NCBI GenBank assembly: GCA_023145515.1 | Contig: JAGLDP010000001.1 | Location: forward strand, 1-58,438 | Direction of reading: 5' to 3' | DNA: 58,438 bases | Source of the DNA: Bacteroidales bacterium | GTDB lineage: Bacteria > Bacteroidota > Bacteroidia > Bacteroidales > UBA12481 | Shown here: positions 1 to 9,694 of the stretch, one piece after another | How the letters are laid out: every line of letters begins with the position of its first letter | Numbering within the stretch: the stretch's first letter is position 1 | Notes under the pieces: model-generated | Seen by the model: only the letters and a program-made list of their open reading frames with translations | Told to the model about the DNA's origin: nothing | The model's database searches: none | Position numbers and translations under genes: made by a program

Positions 1-768
1 ATACACATGAGTCATAAAGTAGTGCAATTAGATAAAAGTGAAGGTAAGATTACCGGAGCTTGGGCTGTGAATCAGGCTAACCAAGAGAGACGTTTGTTTT
101 CAGCTGATTTAGTTTTTAGTACAATGCCAGTCAAGGATTTAGTTTTGGGCATGAATCCCAGAATGCCTGAATCTCTAATGAATATTGCTGAAGGCTTGGT
201 ATATCGTGATTTTATTGCAGTTGGTGTGTTGCTGACAAAAATGAATGTCATTTCACCTGGTGAGCAAAATCAACTCTTTGTTCCTGATAATTGGATCTAT
301 ATCCAAGAGTCGGATGTTCTTGTTGGTAGAATTCAGGTATTTAATAATTGGAGCCCCTACATGGTGGCTGATGATTCAAAAGTTTGGTTGGGACTAGAAT
401 ATTTTTGTAGTGAAGGAGATCAATTGTGGAGTATGCCTGATGAGGCATTACTTAAGCTTGCAGTAAAAGAGCTGGTTGCTATTGGTTTGGCACTTGAGGA
501 GGATTTTGTGGATGGGGTAGTGGTTCGTATGCCTAAGACTTATCCTGCATATTTTGGTAGTTATGATCAGTTTCATCATATCAGAGCTTATACAGATAAG
601 ATTGAGAATCTCTTTCTAGTTGGACGAAATGGTATGCATAAGTATAATAATCAAGACCATAGTATGTTAACAGCGATGACAGCAGTCGACAATATTGTGG
701 CCGGAATTTCATCACGTGAATCTATCTGGACTGTAAATACCGAGGAAGAGTATCATGAAGAAGAATAA
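1..768 (+). CDS. NAD(P)/FAD-dependent oxidoreductase, C-terminal part (5' end lies outside the window)
   Basis: Frame 1 is open from base 1. The tail 'FLVGRNGMHKYNNQDHSMLTAMTAVDNI' resembles the conserved C-terminus of amine-oxidase / UDP-galactopyranose-mutase-like flavoenzymes. Overlaps the next gene by 14 nt. Confidence 0.6.
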   Translation: MHMSHKVVQLDKSEGKITGAWAVNQANQERRLFSADLVFSTMPVKDLVLGMNPRMPESLMNIAEGLVYRDFIAVGVLLTKMNVISPGEQNQLFVPDNWIYIQESDVLVGRIQVFNNWSPYMVADDSKVWLGLEYFCSEGDQLWSMPDEALLKLAVKELVAIGLALEEDFVDGVVVRMPKTYPAYFGSYDQFHHIRAYTDKIENLFLVGRNGMHKYNNQDHSMLTAMTAVDNIVAGISSRESIWTVNTEEEYHEEE

Positions 769-2497
769 CTCAAAAGCAGTTTTCTTTCTTGTCTTGACAG
801 GATTAGTGCTAATCCTGGTGAATATATTTTTTGAGATACCTCAGGGAGAAGGTTTTAATCCAAGCGATGATGGGGTTATTCTAGGACAATCATTCAGGAT
901 ATTAGCCGGACAGGTTCCTCATCTTGATTTTATCAGCATTCGACCTGCAGGTTCTGCGATTTTTCATGCTATTAGTTTTTTTTCACCCCTCCCGCTTGAA
1001 GTGTCGGCCCGATGGATTACTTTATTGCAATATCTGATTTATTCATTCCTCTGGGCCTGGATATTGGTAAAGGCAAAGCCACAAATGCCAGATAAGATCT
1101 TCTGGGTGGTTTTTATGTCGGTTTTAATCTTTGTACTTAACCAAAATCATTATAATTTGTTTCCCTGGACTACCATAGACGCATTGTTCTTTTTTAGTTT
1201 GGGGTTTTTTATTTATTGGAATTGGAAAGAGGTAAGGCTTAGTGTTACAGAATCCTGGATTCGTTATTTCCTGATATTTTTATTTTCTGGTTATGCAGCT
1301 CTTTGTCGACAAAGTTTTGCACTGCCGACATTGGTTTTGGGAGTAGCCATTCTTATTGAATCCATTCAAAATATAAAGATTTGGAGATTGCTTTCATCTT
1401 TGGTTTTCGGACTATTCCCATATTGGTTATATGGCTTTATTTTGCTTAGAAACGAGGCATTTAGTCTATTCTTGGATCAAATGACAGGAAGAACTGAGTT
1501 ATGGCAGACCGGAATAGTCAGATACGGACAGGAGTTTTGGGGATCACCTTTGCTGATCTTGTATATTTTATTGCTGGGAGGATTTCTATTGTCCAGCTTC
1601 ATGAATCTCTCCTCACTCAAAGCAGAAAGATTTTCCAGACCTATTAAACTGGGTGCCTTGTCCTTGCTTGTTGTCACACTGGTAATAATAATCATGGTTT
1701 TTGTTCGTCCGGAAAACTTATTCTCATACAGTTTTATTTTCTTTTGGTTTTTATTAGTTCTTCTAATTGTCAGGGGTTTCTTTTCTGATCAGGGAAGTGT
1801 TTTTCGCCGCTTATCATTTTGGGTAATCCTTATCTCATGGACATCCTCGATTTCATTGGGTGATAATGCTCCTGTTTTTTCAATGGGGATTCTTGCAGGA
1901 ACAATAGTTCTGCTTATTGTATCATCTATACCATCTGGCACTTGGCATGTGTTTAGTCTTGCCTATGTCAGAAGAATCGCCTTGGTCATTTCTGCAATTC
2001 TGATGGTGGGCCTGGGTATTTTTGGCCAGAAGTCGAATAATTACCGGGATCTTGATTCAGGAAGCCTGCATTTTACAATGGAATTGGAATATGCTGGGAT
2101 GGGAAAGATAAAAACAAATCCCAGAACCTATGAGTATTTGCAAGAGATTAAAAGAATTTACTCTGATTTGGAACAGCCAGAAGGCAGATTTGTTGTTTTG
2201 CCAAATGCCAGTTTAATATATCCGCTGTTGAACTCTCAAAATCCTATGCCACTCGATTGGATGCAGGGACCAGAATTTGTTGGTCAGGAGAACAATCTGC
2301 TTGAACGACTAGCGGAGATTGATAAAATGGATGGAATATATTTATTGTTTGATAAGTATAACTCCAAATGGATTGCAGATAGTCTGATACAAATGGAATA
2401 TGATAGGGATGTATATCCTTATCATTCCTATTTACTTGCCGCAAGTATTTCTTTGGATTTGAAGTCAGACTGGTTTGAAGTCAGACTATGGAAATAA
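755..2497 (+). CDS. polytopic integral membrane protein with C-terminal soluble domain (function unknown; possibly GT-C-like)
   Basis: 580-codon ORF with many hydrophobic helices over about 430 aa, then a hydrophilic tail. Acidic 'NPSDDG' lies just after the first TM helix. No family recognised with certainty. Confidence 0.55.
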   Translation: MKKNNSKAVFFLVLTGLVLILVNIFFEIPQGEGFNPSDDGVILGQSFRILAGQVPHLDFISIRPAGSAIFHAISFFSPLPLEVSARWITLLQYLIYSFLWAWILVKAKPQMPDKIFWVVFMSVLIFVLNQNHYNLFPWTTIDALFFFSLGFFIYWNWKEVRLSVTESWIRYFLIFLFSGYAALCRQSFALPTLVLGVAILIESIQNIKIWRLLSSLVFGLFPYWLYGFILLRNEAFSLFLDQMTGRTELWQTGIVRYGQEFWGSPLLILYILLLGGFLLSSFMNLSSLKAERFSRPIKLGALSLLVVTLVIIIMVFVRPENLFSYSFIFFWFLLVLLIVRGFFSDQGSVFRRLSFWVILISWTSSISLGDNAPVFSMGILAGTIVLLIVSSIPSGTWHVFSLAYVRRIALVISAILMVGLGIFGQKSNNYRDLDSGSLHFTMELEYAGMGKIKTNPRTYEYLQEIKRIYSDLEQPEGRFVVLPNASLIYPLLNSQNPMPLDWMQGPEFVGQENNLLERLAEIDKMDGIYLLFDKYNSKWIADSLIQMEYDRDVYPYHSYLLAASISLDLKSDWFEVRLWK

Positions 2498-2517
2498 ATA
2501 AATTCTTGAGAAGAAGA

Positions 2518-2676
2518 TTATACTTTATGACGTGGTTCGTCAGAAACAGAAAGTTTCTTTCTTCCTTTAGCTCTGCGCGATGCTAAAACGCTACGTCCGC
2601 TTACAGATTCCATACGTGAACGAAATCCATGTTTGTTTTTTCTCTTCCGCTTAGATGGTTGAAATGTGCGTTTCAT
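2518..2676 (-). CDS. rpmH: 50S ribosomal protein L34
   Basis: Not in the ORF track because it is under 60 aa. Hand translation of the minus strand gives [52 protein letters not shown] (52 aa), with the canonical L34 N-terminus [19 protein letters not shown] at 2676-2674, TAA at 2520-2518. Confidence 0.92.
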   Translation of the reverse strand: MKRTFQPSKRKRKNKHGFRSRMESVSGRSVLASRRAKGRKKLSVSDEPRHKV

Positions 2677-2714
2677 TTTATTTATCCTTTATTATCGTAC
2701 TCAAATTCGGTTTG

Positions 2715-2722
2715 CAAAGGTA
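2715..2722 (-). promoter_or_regulatory. candidate Bacteroidota -7 promoter box TAnnTTTG upstream of rpmH
   Basis: Minus strand reads TACCTTTG (plus strand 'caaaggta'). It lies 38 nt upstream of the rpmH ATG. Confidence 0.45.
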
Positions 2723-2760
2723 AAGTTTATATTGAAAAGAACAAATCTATGTGTAAAATA

Positions 2761-3381
2761 TTATGCAGGTAAATAGATGATTTTTTTTGTGTGGAAAAAT
2801 TCCTCCTCGAAGTAGTCATGTAGATCTACAATTCTTACATTCTTCTGAAAAGGCTTAAGTTCTTCAGTAAGGTCACCGCCTTTAAGGGCAATAATCCCAT
2901 TTTTCAATTCTCCGGTTTGATCTTGTCTGAAGCTATCTTTAACCCAGGGTAAAAATTTAGGCATTGCAGTTACAGCTCTGGATACAACGAAGTGATACTT
3001 CTCAGAGAGCATTTCAGCCCTCGTATTCAGAGCTTCTATATTGTCTAGTTTGAGAGCTTTAGAGATTTCATTAACGACTTTTATTTTTTTCCCGATACTG
3101 TCGACCAGAGTAAATTTGCAGGCAGGGAAGAGGATGGCCAGAGGGATTCCTGGAAATCCTCCACCTGTGCCAACATCCATAATTTGGGTATTGGCAGCAA
3201 ATGAATGAAATCTGGCAATAGAAAGGGAGTGTAAAACATGTCGCTCATAAAGCTGATTCATGTCCTTTCTTGATAATACATTGATTTTATTGTTCCAATC
3301 CAGGTATAGATCTTCCAGCTTTCGATATCTATCGATTTGCACAGGACTAAGTTCTGGGAAATATTTTAATATGATATCCAC
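2761..3381 (-). CDS. rsmG: 16S rRNA (guanine527-N7)-methyltransferase RsmG
   Basis: 206 aa. SAM-binding motif 'DVGTGGGFPGIPLAI' and overall GidB/RsmG layout. GTG start directly abuts the stop of the upstream sigma gene. Confidence 0.88.
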   Translation of the reverse strand: MDIILKYFPELSPVQIDRYRKLEDLYLDWNNKINVLSRKDMNQLYERHVLHSLSIARFHSFAANTQIMDVGTGGGFPGIPLAILFPACKFTLVDSIGKKIKVVNEISKALKLDNIEALNTRAEMLSEKYHFVVSRAVTAMPKFLPWVKDSFRQDQTGELKNGIIALKGGDLTEELKPFQKNVRIVDLHDYFEEEFFHTKKIIYLPA

Positions 3382-3978
3382 TTAGATTTCTTTATCTCTA
3401 AGAATGGTTGACAATAATTCTTTTGCTCTGAATAGCTGAGCTTTAACAGTTCCAATAGGTAATTCCAGAGCCTTGGCAATTTCCTCATAAGAATACTCTT
3501 TGTAGTATCGCAGTTTCACAAGTCGGCTATATCTGGGTTTGAGTTGATCAACAACTTCTTGTAGAAGTATAGCCTTTTGTTTTTTTATTAACTCCTCTTC
3601 CGGGTCAAGGTCGTTGGATGGGAGTTGGATCATTGTTTCATCTTCCTGGTTTCTGCCCTGGCTATCAATCGGAACAGTTTTTCCTTTTTGCTTTCGGATA
3701 AAGTCGATTGCATTATTATTAGCAATTTTAAATAACCATGTACTAAAAGCAAACTCAGGAGTGTAGTTAGATAGTTTTTTAAACGCTTTACCAAAGGCCT
3801 CAATAGTTAAGTCCTCAGCATCATCCTTGTTGTGAACCATCTTCAGAAGCATAAAGAAGATAGAATCCCAGTACCTCCTTAGAAGTTGAGCATAAGCATT
3901 CTGATCGCCAGCAACTGCCAGAAGCACCAAATCTAAATCAAGCTTGGCACGATTGGATAAATTTGAGCCTATTTCCAT
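3382..3978 (-). CDS. RNA polymerase sigma-70 family (ECF-type) sigma factor
   Basis: Region 2-like 'EDLTIEAFGKAFKKLSNYTPEFAFSTWLFKIANNNAIDFIRKQK' and region 4 HTH 'YSYEEIAKALELPIGTVKAQLFRAKELL'. Overlaps the upstream GT2 gene by 10 nt. Confidence 0.85.
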   Translation of the reverse strand: MEIGSNLSNRAKLDLDLVLLAVAGDQNAYAQLLRRYWDSIFFMLLKMVHNKDDAEDLTIEAFGKAFKKLSNYTPEFAFSTWLFKIANNNAIDFIRKQKGKTVPIDSQGRNQEDETMIQLPSNDLDPEEELIKKQKAILLQEVVDQLKPRYSRLVKLRYYKEYSYEEIAKALELPIGTVKAQLFRAKELLSTILRDKEI

Positions 3979-5123
3979 CTACTTGGCTTTTTCTTGTGTT
4001 TAGTAGTAATTATAAGGTAGGCGCCAAGAAAGGGCCATAAAAAATCGTATATGAACGAAAGTAAGAATAATTTTTTCTCTTTCAAACGGTTCATAACGAG
4101 TTTAAAGATAATACCATAAGAGATAAAACGTATAAAAAGAATTGATATTACATATCCTTTAAAGAATCCCAGACTAAGCAAAAGTATAGATAGCAGGTAA
4201 ACTGCTTCTCTCGATAGCAGTTCTATTGTCAACCTCCTTTTATTGCTTTTCTTGTATACCTTACTAGTTGTCAGGTGTCTTCGTTTTTGTCGTGTCCATT
4301 GCTTCCAACTACTGCTTGGTTTAGAATAGGTAAAGCTTTCAGGATGAATCTCAATTGCCGTATTAAAAGCTGTACTCGTTTCATTAATAAATAGATCATC
4401 ATCTCCTGAAACAAGGTGCAAGTGAGATGCAAAACCTTTATTTTTAAAAAATAGTGATCTTCGGTATGACATGTTTCTTCCAACACCTAGATATGGTTTC
4501 TTTTGGATAGCCAGGCTAAGGTATTGCATGGCAATATACAGAGTGTCGGTGCGGATCCATTTATTGAGTAAGCCCTTTTCAGGAAAGTAAGGTGCATAAC
4601 CCAAAACAATTTCAGTTTGGTTCAGGAAGTTTGACTGCATTTGGCGAATCCAATTAGGACTAGCAGGTTCGCAATCGGCATCGGTAAAAAGTAGCTGATC
4701 ATATTTAGCGGCCTTGATTCCGATTGTTTGTGCCAGCTTTTTCCCCTTTGGGTAATCATCACGATGCTCTATTTCAGTTACATACAGCAGAGGGTACTGC
4801 CTTTTAATTTCTGCCAGAACTTCGGCTGTTTGATCAGTAGAACCGTCATTGACAACAATGACTTCAAATTCAGGATAAAACTGATTTAACACTGATGGTA
4901 GAAAGTGTTTTAGGTTTTCTGCTTCATTTCTGGCACAAATAATTACCGAAACCGGATCTGTAGTTGATTTTACATCCTTTTTGTTAAAAACAAGCAATTT
5001 AAGGTATACACCAAACAGATAATACAGCTGTATTCCTAATGCAAGGAGTAACAGAATTCCGACAAAAAGCCAAATCCAATCAGTCGGGGTTTGAAGTTCA
5101 ATTTCAAAAAGGTTTTTAATCAT
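3969..5123 (-). CDS. membrane-bound family 2 glycosyltransferase
   Basis: N-terminal TM helix, then the GT2 signature 'VSVIICARNEAENL...FEVIVVNDGSTDQT' and 'TDADC'. C-terminal TM helices. Confidence 0.85.
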   Translation of the reverse strand: MIKNLFEIELQTPTDWIWLFVGILLLLALGIQLYYLFGVYLKLLVFNKKDVKSTTDPVSVIICARNEAENLKHFLPSVLNQFYPEFEVIVVNDGSTDQTAEVLAEIKRQYPLLYVTEIEHRDDYPKGKKLAQTIGIKAAKYDQLLFTDADCEPASPNWIRQMQSNFLNQTEIVLGYAPYFPEKGLLNKWIRTDTLYIAMQYLSLAIQKKPYLGVGRNMSYRRSLFFKNKGFASHLHLVSGDDDLFINETSTAFNTAIEIHPESFTYSKPSSSWKQWTRQKRRHLTTSKVYKKSNKRRLTIELLSREAVYLLSILLLSLGFFKGYVISILFIRFISYGIIFKLVMNRLKEKKLFLLSFIYDFLWPFLGAYLIITTKHKKKPSRWK

Positions 5124-5224
5124 TTGCAGATCAGGGATTATCGACCGTGGGTCTTTATCACTACTTTGAAAATAAAGATACTAGAATTGGTAGTACCACG
5201 AAATATCCTAGCTGAATTTTTGTC

Positions 5225-5232
5225 TATCTTTG
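5225..5232 (+). promoter_or_regulatory. candidate -7 promoter box TAnnTTTG upstream of tgt
   Basis: 'TATCTTTG' ends 18 nt before the tgt ATG at 5251. No Shine-Dalgarno-like purine run lies in between. Confidence 0.5.
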
Positions 5233-5250
5233 CAAATTAGCGTATTTCAG

Positions 5251-6381
5251 ATGAATTTCAGGATAATAAAATCAGATATTGACAGTCAGGCCAGATCAGG
5301 ACTTATTGAGACTGATCACGGGATAATTCAGACCCCTATTTTCATGCCGGTAGGAACAGCTGCAACAGTAAAAGCTGTTCACCAGAGGGAGTTAAAAGAT
5401 GATATCAAGGCTGAAATTATTCTTGGTAACACCTATCATTTGTATTTACGTCCGGGAATGGAAGTGATGAAGGCTGCCGGAGGCCTACACAAATTCATGG
5501 GATGGGAAGGTCCGATTTTGACTGATAGTGGTGGCTATCAGGTCTTTTCACTGGCTGCTAACCGCAAACTAAAGGCAGAAGGTGCTTATTTTGCCTCACA
5601 TATAGATGGTTCCAAACACTTATTTACGCCTGAAAATGTTGTAGATATTCAGCGCGATATTGGAGCCGATTTCATGATGGCTTTTGACGAGTGTACTCCC
5701 TATCCTTGTGATCCAAAATACGCCAGAGATTCGATGAATCTTACTCATTCATGGTTGAGTAGGGGCATAAAACATTTTAAATCTACAGAAGCTAAGTACG
5801 GACATAGTCAGTGTTTTATTCCAATTGTTCAGGGTAGTGTGTATCCTGAGCTCCGCAAAGAATCAGCTGAATTCATTGCAGCGCAAGGAATGGATGCTAA
5901 TGCTATCGGAGGATTATCTGTTGGTGAGCCTGTAGAAGATATGTACGACATGCTGGAGATTGTTAATGGCATACTTCCTGTTGAAAAACCACGTTATCTA
6001 ATGGGTGTAGGTACACCGGTTAATATTTTGGAAGGCATAGCCAGAGGAGTTGATATGTTTGACTGTGTGATGCCAACAAGAAATGGAAGAAACGGAATGC
6101 TCTTTACGCAGAATGGAATAATGAACATGAGAAACGAAAAATGGAAATCCGATTTTAGTCAGATCGACCCGGATGGAACATCTTTTGTTGATAAGGCATA
6201 TTCAAAGGGCTATCTCAGACATTTGATTGTTAGTGGAGAACGACTGGGAGCGCAAATTGCTTCTATTCATAATCTGGCTTTTTACCTTTGGTTAGTCAGA
6301 GAAGCCCGTGAACAGATTAATGCCGGATCTTTTACCCCCTGGAAAAATAGAATGGTTAAAATATTGGCAAGTAGATTATAG
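5251..6381 (+). CDS. tgt: tRNA-guanine(34) transglycosylase
   Basis: Motifs 'TPIFMPVGT', 'LTDSGGYQVFSL', 'MAFDECTP', 'YLMGVGTP'. I chose the ATG at 5251 (MNFRII...) rather than the TTG at 5230 used by the track. Confidence 0.95.
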   Translation: MNFRIIKSDIDSQARSGLIETDHGIIQTPIFMPVGTAATVKAVHQRELKDDIKAEIILGNTYHLYLRPGMEVMKAAGGLHKFMGWEGPILTDSGGYQVFSLAANRKLKAEGAYFASHIDGSKHLFTPENVVDIQRDIGADFMMAFDECTPYPCDPKYARDSMNLTHSWLSRGIKHFKSTEAKYGHSQCFIPIVQGSVYPELRKESAEFIAAQGMDANAIGGLSVGEPVEDMYDMLEIVNGILPVEKPRYLMGVGTPVNILEGIARGVDMFDCVMPTRNGRNGMLFTQNGIMNMRNEKWKSDFSQIDPDGTSFVDKAYSKGYLRHLIVSGERLGAQIASIHNLAFYLWLVREAREQINAGSFTPWKNRMVKILASRL

Positions 6382-6391
6382 AATTACTGAG

Positions 6392-7465
6392 GTGAAAAAG
6401 ATTGACTACTATATCATAAGAAAGTTTCTGGGCACCTTCTTTTTTGCTCTGGCTCTTATTATTGTGGTGAGTGTTGTGTTTGATTTTTCAGAAAAAGTAG
6501 ATGATTTTATTGAGAAGGACGCTCCCCTTAATGCTGTATTATTCGATTATTATTTGAATTTCATTCCTTACTTTTCTAATCTGTACACTCATCTTTTTGT
6601 TTTTATTGCAGTGATCTATTTCACTTCTAAGATGGCTACTCATTCAGAAGTTATTGCCATTCTTTCCTGCGGAGTGAGTTACAGGCGACTCATGCGGCCC
6701 TATTTTGTTTCAGCTGCCTTTATCGCCATTTTTACTTTTGCTATGGGGAATTATGTCATTCCCTATGCTAATGTTAATCGTTTGAAGTTTGAAGAGAGGT
6801 ATTTTAATAAACACTATAGAAATACGGAAAGAAATATCCACAAGCAATTGTCGCCCAACACATTCGTTTATATTCAAACTTATACCACACGTACGGATTG
6901 GGGATCTAAGTTTTCTCTGGAGAAAATTGAGGATGGACAATTGGTTTCTAAGATGATGGCTGATTATATTCGTTGGGATACTGCAAAGAAAAAATGGAGA
7001 GCACATAATTACTGGATCAGGGAAGTGGATGGTCTTAATGAGACCATGACTTATGGAGTGGATATTGATACTGCATTAAATATGTACCCTGAAGAGTTTA
7101 AACGAACTCATAACATTGTGGAGTCTATGCCTACTCCTGAATTGAAGCAGTTCATCAGACAAGAAAAATCGCGGGGACAGGAGAGTACACAGTATTATAT
7201 TGAATTATACAGGAGGTCAGCTGCTCCATTTGCAGTTTTCATTATGACCATTATTGGGATGACCTTATCTACGCGGAAGATGCGTGGAGGAATGGGTATG
7301 CACATTGGTTTTGGTATCGCTCTGACTTTTTCTTATATCCTGTTTATGCAGATTTCTAAAGAATTCTCTATTTCTGGTAGTTTGAAGCCTATAGTAGGGG
7401 TGTGGATTCCAAATATAATTTTTTCCCTGATCGCATTTTTCCTATATCGAATTGCTCCGAAATGA
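6392..7465 (+). CDS. LptF/LptG family (YjgP/YjgQ) permease
   Basis: 'IDYYIIRKFLGTFFFALALIIVVSVVFDFSEKVDDF' start, three TM helices, a periplasmic domain, then three TM helices. I chose the in-frame GTG at 6392, which avoids the 74-nt overlap with tgt implied by the track start at 6308. Confidence 0.8.
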   Translation: MKKIDYYIIRKFLGTFFFALALIIVVSVVFDFSEKVDDFIEKDAPLNAVLFDYYLNFIPYFSNLYTHLFVFIAVIYFTSKMATHSEVIAILSCGVSYRRLMRPYFVSAAFIAIFTFAMGNYVIPYANVNRLKFEERYFNKHYRNTERNIHKQLSPNTFVYIQTYTTRTDWGSKFSLEKIEDGQLVSKMMADYIRWDTAKKKWRAHNYWIREVDGLNETMTYGVDIDTALNMYPEEFKRTHNIVESMPTPELKQFIRQEKSRGQESTQYYIELYRRSAAPFAVFIMTIIGMTLSTRKMRGGMGMHIGFGIALTFSYILFMQISKEFSISGSLKPIVGVWIPNIIFSLIAFFLYRIAPK

Positions 7466-7466
7466 T

Positions 7467-8633
7467 ATGAAGCAGTCGAAAAAACCTCAAAATACGAACG
7501 TACTCGTAATATCGGCAGCTCATTTCTTTCATGATGTGTATACTGCTTTTCTTGCGCCTGTTTTGCCTTTGCTCATTGAAAAATTGGGCATTAATTTATT
7601 CCAGGCTGGAATACTGTCTGTATTTCAAAGAATTCCAACTCTTTTCAATCCTTTAATCGGAATTCTTGCTGAGCGTGTTCAAGCCAGATATTTTATTATT
7701 CTGACTCCTGCAATAACTGCTATGAGTATGAGCTTGATAGGAATTGCCCCTAATTTTACTGTTCTGGCAGTGGTTATGTTGGTCTCTGGATTCAGTTCTG
7801 CCTTTTTTCATGTGCCTAGTCCTGTAATGATCCGAAAAGTATCAGGCGACAAATTAGGGATGGGGATGAGTTTCTTTATGGTTGGAGGAGAATTGGCCAG
7901 AACCGCTGGTCCGATTGCAATTCTTGCAGCTGTTTCATTATGGGGACTAGAAGAAACCTGGAAGTTAATGCCTGTAGGAATACTGGCTTCCATTTTCTTG
8001 TTTTACAGGCTTAAGGATATTGAAATCAGAAAGGATTTCCATCAGAGGCAGATAAAGACAAATTATTATCAAATATTCAGGAGTTTACTCCCAATGTTTA
8101 TCAGTCTTTCTGGCTTTACATTTATGTTTGGAGCCATCAAATCTTCTCTTACACTCTATTTACCCACATATCTAAGTGGTGAAGGATATTCGATATGGAT
8201 AGCAGGAGCTTCTCTGTCTATTCTGCAGGCAGCAGGAGTGGCTGGGACGTTAATTTCAGGACCTTTGGCTGATAAAATTGGAAACAGGAAGGTGTTGCGT
8301 ATCGTGGCAGTTTCAACACCCTTATTGATGGCGTTATTCACCCAGCTTGATCCTATTTATGCTATACCGGTTCTGCTGATTATGGGTGTCTTTCTTTTTG
8401 CCCCAAATCCAATACTATTGGCAGTAGTTAACAATACCGAGGGGCCAAATAAAACTTTTATTAATGGCATTTACTTCACCATTAACTTTCTTTTAAATGC
8501 TGTGATGATTATGATAATGGGCTTCATTGCAGATCGAATTGGCTTAGCAATGACCTATAAAATATCGGTGTTGGGTGGTATCGCTGCTATCCCTTTTATC
8601 TGGACAATGAAAAAAGGTAGTTATACAGAATAG
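7467..8633 (+). CDS. MFS transporter
   Basis: About 12 hydrophobic helices. The N-terminal 'HFFHDVYTAFLAPVLPLL' motif is typical of Fsr-like MFS proteins. The ATG at 7467 lies 1 nt after the upstream stop. Confidence 0.8.
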   Translation: MKQSKKPQNTNVLVISAAHFFHDVYTAFLAPVLPLLIEKLGINLFQAGILSVFQRIPTLFNPLIGILAERVQARYFIILTPAITAMSMSLIGIAPNFTVLAVVMLVSGFSSAFFHVPSPVMIRKVSGDKLGMGMSFFMVGGELARTAGPIAILAAVSLWGLEETWKLMPVGILASIFLFYRLKDIEIRKDFHQRQIKTNYYQIFRSLLPMFISLSGFTFMFGAIKSSLTLYLPTYLSGEGYSIWIAGASLSILQAAGVAGTLISGPLADKIGNRKVLRIVAVSTPLLMALFTQLDPIYAIPVLLIMGVFLFAPNPILLAVVNNTEGPNKTFINGIYFTINFLLNAVMIMIMGFIADRIGLAMTYKISVLGGIAAIPFIWTMKKGSYTE

Positions 8634-9070
8634 TTTCTATTTGATTTAGTTAGCTTATCCAAAACCATATTAACCAAGAAATAGAACCAAAAGAGTATAA
8701 GTCCTCCAACAGCATAATATTTCCACTTCCCATTGTTTGTCAGACTAATATCAAATATGCTATCAAAAAGCTGATTTGCTTGTGTCAGCCACTTGTCAAA
8801 ATTGGCCTGAAGGCTTATATCTTGAATGCCTGGCACACTCCACTCCAAGCCAGTTGTGGATGTTATTGTCCAAATCAGACAAATCAATAAAACTAAGGCA
8901 ACAGTAATCAAAACTGATAATCCGGGTATTCTGGTTTCTTGCTTTGCAGAAATTGATAAACTGGATATTTCGTGCAGTATGTTTGATTTCATTGATTCTG
9001 GTGCCTTAGGCAACTCAACATTGCTGAGTATTTTCTGTAAAATAAGATCTTGTTTATGTAGTGTTTTCAT
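8621..9070 (-). CDS. single-pass membrane protein, putative anti-sigma factor
   Basis: 4-nt overlap with the upstream ECF sigma gene. One central TM helix ('GLSVLITVALVLLICLIW') and a second hydrophobic C-terminal helix. No zinc-binding anti-sigma motif is visible, so the call rests on position only. Confidence 0.45.
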   Translation of the reverse strand: MKTLHKQDLILQKILSNVELPKAPESMKSNILHEISSLSISAKQETRIPGLSVLITVALVLLICLIWTITSTTGLEWSVPGIQDISLQANFDKWLTQANQLFDSIFDISLTNNGKWKYYAVGGLILFWFYFLVNMVLDKLTKSNRNYSV

Positions 9071-9651
9071 GCTTCTTCAATTAAGGACATCAATTCATCT
9101 TTCAGACATTTTTCAAGTTCCAGGTAGAGTCTTTTTCTGGCTCTGAATAATTTCACTTTGACATTAGAAATACTCAAGCCTGTAATTGCTGCCAATTCAT
9201 TCATATCCAGATCTTCCATGTAATATCCTTTCACAAGTACCAGATCATCTGAAGCCAGGCACTCAAATGCTCTGGCGATATATTTTTGTTGCTCTTTACG
9301 ATTCAGATATTTTATTCCTTCATTTAATTCGGCTGGAGCCAAATCTGCAGTTTCTTCCGGAGAAATATCACGCGAGAATTTTTGTTCATATCGATGATGG
9401 CTAATACAAAGATTATAAACTATTCTAAAGAACCATGTTGAGAATTTGGCTTCATTTTTAAAGCGACCTAAATTTTCATAAGCTTTGATAAATGCCATAT
9501 GAGTGATCTCTTGAGCCTCATCTTCATTTTTTAATATACTAATACTAAGTCTGAATGCCTTATCCTGATACCGATCGATCAGCAATCCGAAATCATTCGT
9601 ATTTCCTTTCAGAACTGATGCAATTATTTCAATGTCTTTTTTCTGCTGCAT
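9067..9651 (-). CDS. ECF-type RNA polymerase sigma factor
   Basis: Region 2 'DEAQEITHMAFIKAYENLGRFKNEAKFSTWFFRIVYNLCISHHR' and region 4 'DMNELAAITGLSISNVKVKLFRARKRL'. Confidence 0.85.
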   Translation of the reverse strand: MQQKKDIEIIASVLKGNTNDFGLLIDRYQDKAFRLSISILKNEDEAQEITHMAFIKAYENLGRFKNEAKFSTWFFRIVYNLCISHHRYEQKFSRDISPEETADLAPAELNEGIKYLNRKEQQKYIARAFECLASDDLVLVKGYYMEDLDMNELAAITGLSISNVKVKLFRARKRLYLELEKCLKDELMSLIEEA

Positions 9652-9660
9652 TCAGTTATT

Positions 9661-9688
9661 AGACGCAGAAAAGCATTGGCTGGTTACA
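9661..9688 (-). promoter_or_regulatory. candidate ECF-type promoter (autoregulatory) for the sigma gene
   Basis: Minus strand reads tGTAACC-16 nt-CGTCT, so 17 nt separate the AAC from the CGT. The -10 ends 9 nt before the ATG at 9651. Confidence 0.4.
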
Positions 9689-9694
9689 TTTTTT

